From Eledone cirrhosa (lineage: Eukaryota): DNA of 64,000 nt. Shown here piece by piece: positions 61,401 to 64,000 of this stretch. Position 1 is the first letter of the stretch, and each line of letters begins with the position of its first letter. Both the position numbers and the translations under genes were made by a program. The stretch lies in the NCBI GenBank assembly GCA_964016885.1, contig OZ024743.1, forward strand, positions 216,380,001-216,444,000. The letters are read 5' to 3'. The notes under the pieces were generated by a model, which ran no database searches, was not told the origin of the DNA, and worked only from the letters and a program-made list of their open reading frames with translations.

Positions 61401-62619
61401 TTTAGTAGTAGATGGGAGTGTGGCTGTAGCTAGATGTAAGAACAGTTGAATGATCGAATGATGTAGCAGTTGTTAATGACTTCACTGATAACTACTATTC
61501 AAGATACCTAATATTATCGATCTTCACTCCACATTTGACCCTTTTCTCACAATTCATATATAATATATTTATCGTACTTTAATACTTTTGCAAACCTAGC
61601 TGACAGGATGACCTTCCTAATAATAATAGATTGGTTCCTAGAGCAAAAGGATAACGCAGAGAGAATCAGAAAGACTTGCAGATATACCAATCAGAATGGA
61701 ATTTGCTGTCCATGGCATTATTGTTGATGTTGCTATTGTTGGTAGGTTATTGCTCAACCCCGTAGATTTAGTTAGAGATGACCTAAAGTCAACTTTAAGT
61801 CAATCAAATGATTCTGGGAGTAATCTATAAATTCAACTCGCTAGAAATGTTTATTTGTTTATATTTAGGAAAACGAAGCTCTTATCACAGTACCTCTCAT
61901 AGTTTTTGTAGTAATACGCCCCGGATGTGGTGATAGTGACATTGATAAGAATGATAATCCTGGCATGCTTCTTCTTTATATTATGCCGTTGCCAATATCT
62001 GTTTGCTAGTTTAACAATCTAGCTACGATTAATAAAGAAGAGTTCAGTCTTTTAACCTAATCCTTTTTGTGTTTTATGCACACACTACATTGCTGTCAAT
62101 GTATAAGCTATAATACATTTAATTTGTGATGTTTGCTATTAAAAATATTTCCGAATTTACAAAACCGAGCACCGATATGAATAGTATCGTCGAGGTTTTC
62201 TACTTCTCTGCGTAGAACCTCATATCATACGATACGGCACTTTATATTCTGAGTTCGCTTACAGAATCATTACGGACAACCTGTATCACCCTTTATTTCT
62301 TGGCACAGATGACGGCCTTTTACATGCATGGATGAGCAACTGCAGGTCTTCCACAAATAATTTTGCACAAGCATGTGATTTGAAGGGTAATATTCCATGT
62401 ACAAATCCATTGTTAGGGTTTTTAAATATATAGAACTTACTATGTCTCTTGCGATCATTTTCTTACATATTACTCAACAATTATAAGAATTACAATAAAG
62501 AGATATGATATTTGATTTGGACACATGTACGTATATATGCATTGATATGATATAATAATTGCAGTGTATACTGAACAAAACATGTTTAAAACATACATAA
62601 TATATACATATAGTATATA

Positions 62620-62697
62620 CAGGGCGTCCCAAGAAATGAAAACACACTTTGATTAGAATGCTGTTGAAATGTGTATACATTTTGGGGGGACAGCCTG
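62620..62697. mobile_element. 78-nt Tc1/mariner-type MITE
   Basis: TA|cagggcgtccca.gaaatg ... cattttggggg(g)acagcctg|TA. Confidence 0.7.
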
Positions 62698-63407
62698 TAT
62701 ATATGGAGAAGGTAAAAGGGGAGAGTGAGAAAGAGGGGGAGAAGGAGAGTGTGTTTAAAATGGTAAGGGGTCGCATGATTTATTATGGACCATCTCGTAT
62801 TAAAGACAACTTTCTTATCTTTAATCTACCATATTGTCTCTGCTAAAATTGTTTGTGATCTGTTGTCTTTTAATGAACTCATTGACGGGAGGCAGTTGTT
62901 TTCGAATAGTCATTCAGTTGGTGTTCTGCAGTTACAAATACAACCATTAGTTTCGACTGAGGTTGCATATATCAGTAATGTTGAATGTTCTTAGGACAGG
63001 GAATGAAACAGTGCGTTCTACGCATAATGCAGACCGGGAATATTATAGTATAGGTATCTTTAATACAGGTGAGTTACCACCATTGGTTCCCAATAGCGCA
63101 TTTGGTAACCAATGGTAGCAATTAAAACATGTTGATCGTAATTATATTATTATATATACATATATATATATATGTATAAAGAGAGAGAGAGAAAGCAGGT
63201 GGGAGAGAGAGTTTGGGAGTTCCCAGTTTAGACTAGTAACCTATGTTCAGATAAGTGCTCAATATTAAAGAGAGTAACATTTATGTACATTAAATTGTTA
63301 GTGCCGGACGGGTAAGCTTTGGAGGCTTCGACGGCAAATCTCTTCCCCTCTCTCGCTCTATATATATGTATATATATATATATACACACACATATGTATA
63401 TATATAT

Positions 63408-63834
63408 ATTGTTATAATTTGGGAGGATTGTGTTGCAAATAAAATCACACACATCTGCTTGTTTTCACTTCAATTTCTTATAAATTTCCGGTTGGCTGGT
63501 TGGTTGGTTCGCTAACCGGAAGGCTGTTTGGATATAGTCAAAGCTCTCTTGTTACATATTCTGTAGAACATTTTGTAGGACAGAACAAAGGAGAGACACA
63601 CAAAATAAAAACCTAGACACTGAGGAGGTCACAGAATATGGGACAAAAGAGCTTTGACAATATGCAAACAACCTTCTGGTTTTGGAACCAACCAACCGGA
63701 AATTTAAAATAAATTGAAGTGAAAACCAACAGAAGCGTGTGTTTTTATTAGCAACATAACTCTCCCAAAGTATAACAATATCCGTTTCAACACACGTTTC
63801 AGAAAAGAAATCTCTCAAAACAAATTCAAAAGCG

Positions 63835-63840
<6 letters not shown>
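63408..63840. mobile_element. Third head-to-head copy of the 22010/50090 family
   Basis: 63408-63565 is inverse to about 63630-63781; right tail runs to 63840; TA flanks. Confidence 0.85.
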
Positions 63841-63887
<47 letters not shown>

Positions 63888-64000
63888 AGCGTTTCAATTG
63901 TCCTAATAACTTATTTTAGTTATTATCGCACCAACGTGAGGTATATGGTTTTTAATGCGATGAAATACCAATGATGGTTGGCAAATCACTGATGAGAGAC

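Overview
AT-rich, repeat-saturated eukaryotic DNA with no confidently identifiable host gene. The Nin/Deu-type and tRNA-derived SINEs and very long (TA)n tracts suggest an octopod mollusc (inference). The window holds four decayed Penelope-like element (PLE) insertions of the Naiad type (RT plus C-terminal GIY-YIG), a 5'-truncated Ty3/Gypsy element, RTE and CRE LINE remnants, a deleted mariner, MITEs and SINEs. The dominant signal is about 15 or more unrelated non-coding repeat families, each carrying a minimal type I hammerhead ribozyme (HHR) read by eye. They are inserted mostly into (TA)n as head-to-head fold-backs with unequal 3' tails. Three are head-to-tail multimers or circularly permuted units of 597, 315 and 418 nt with one HHR per unit, i.e. 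retrozyme-like, and probably mobilised by PLE RT (inference). Coordinates of element ends are approximate; nothing was computed or searched.
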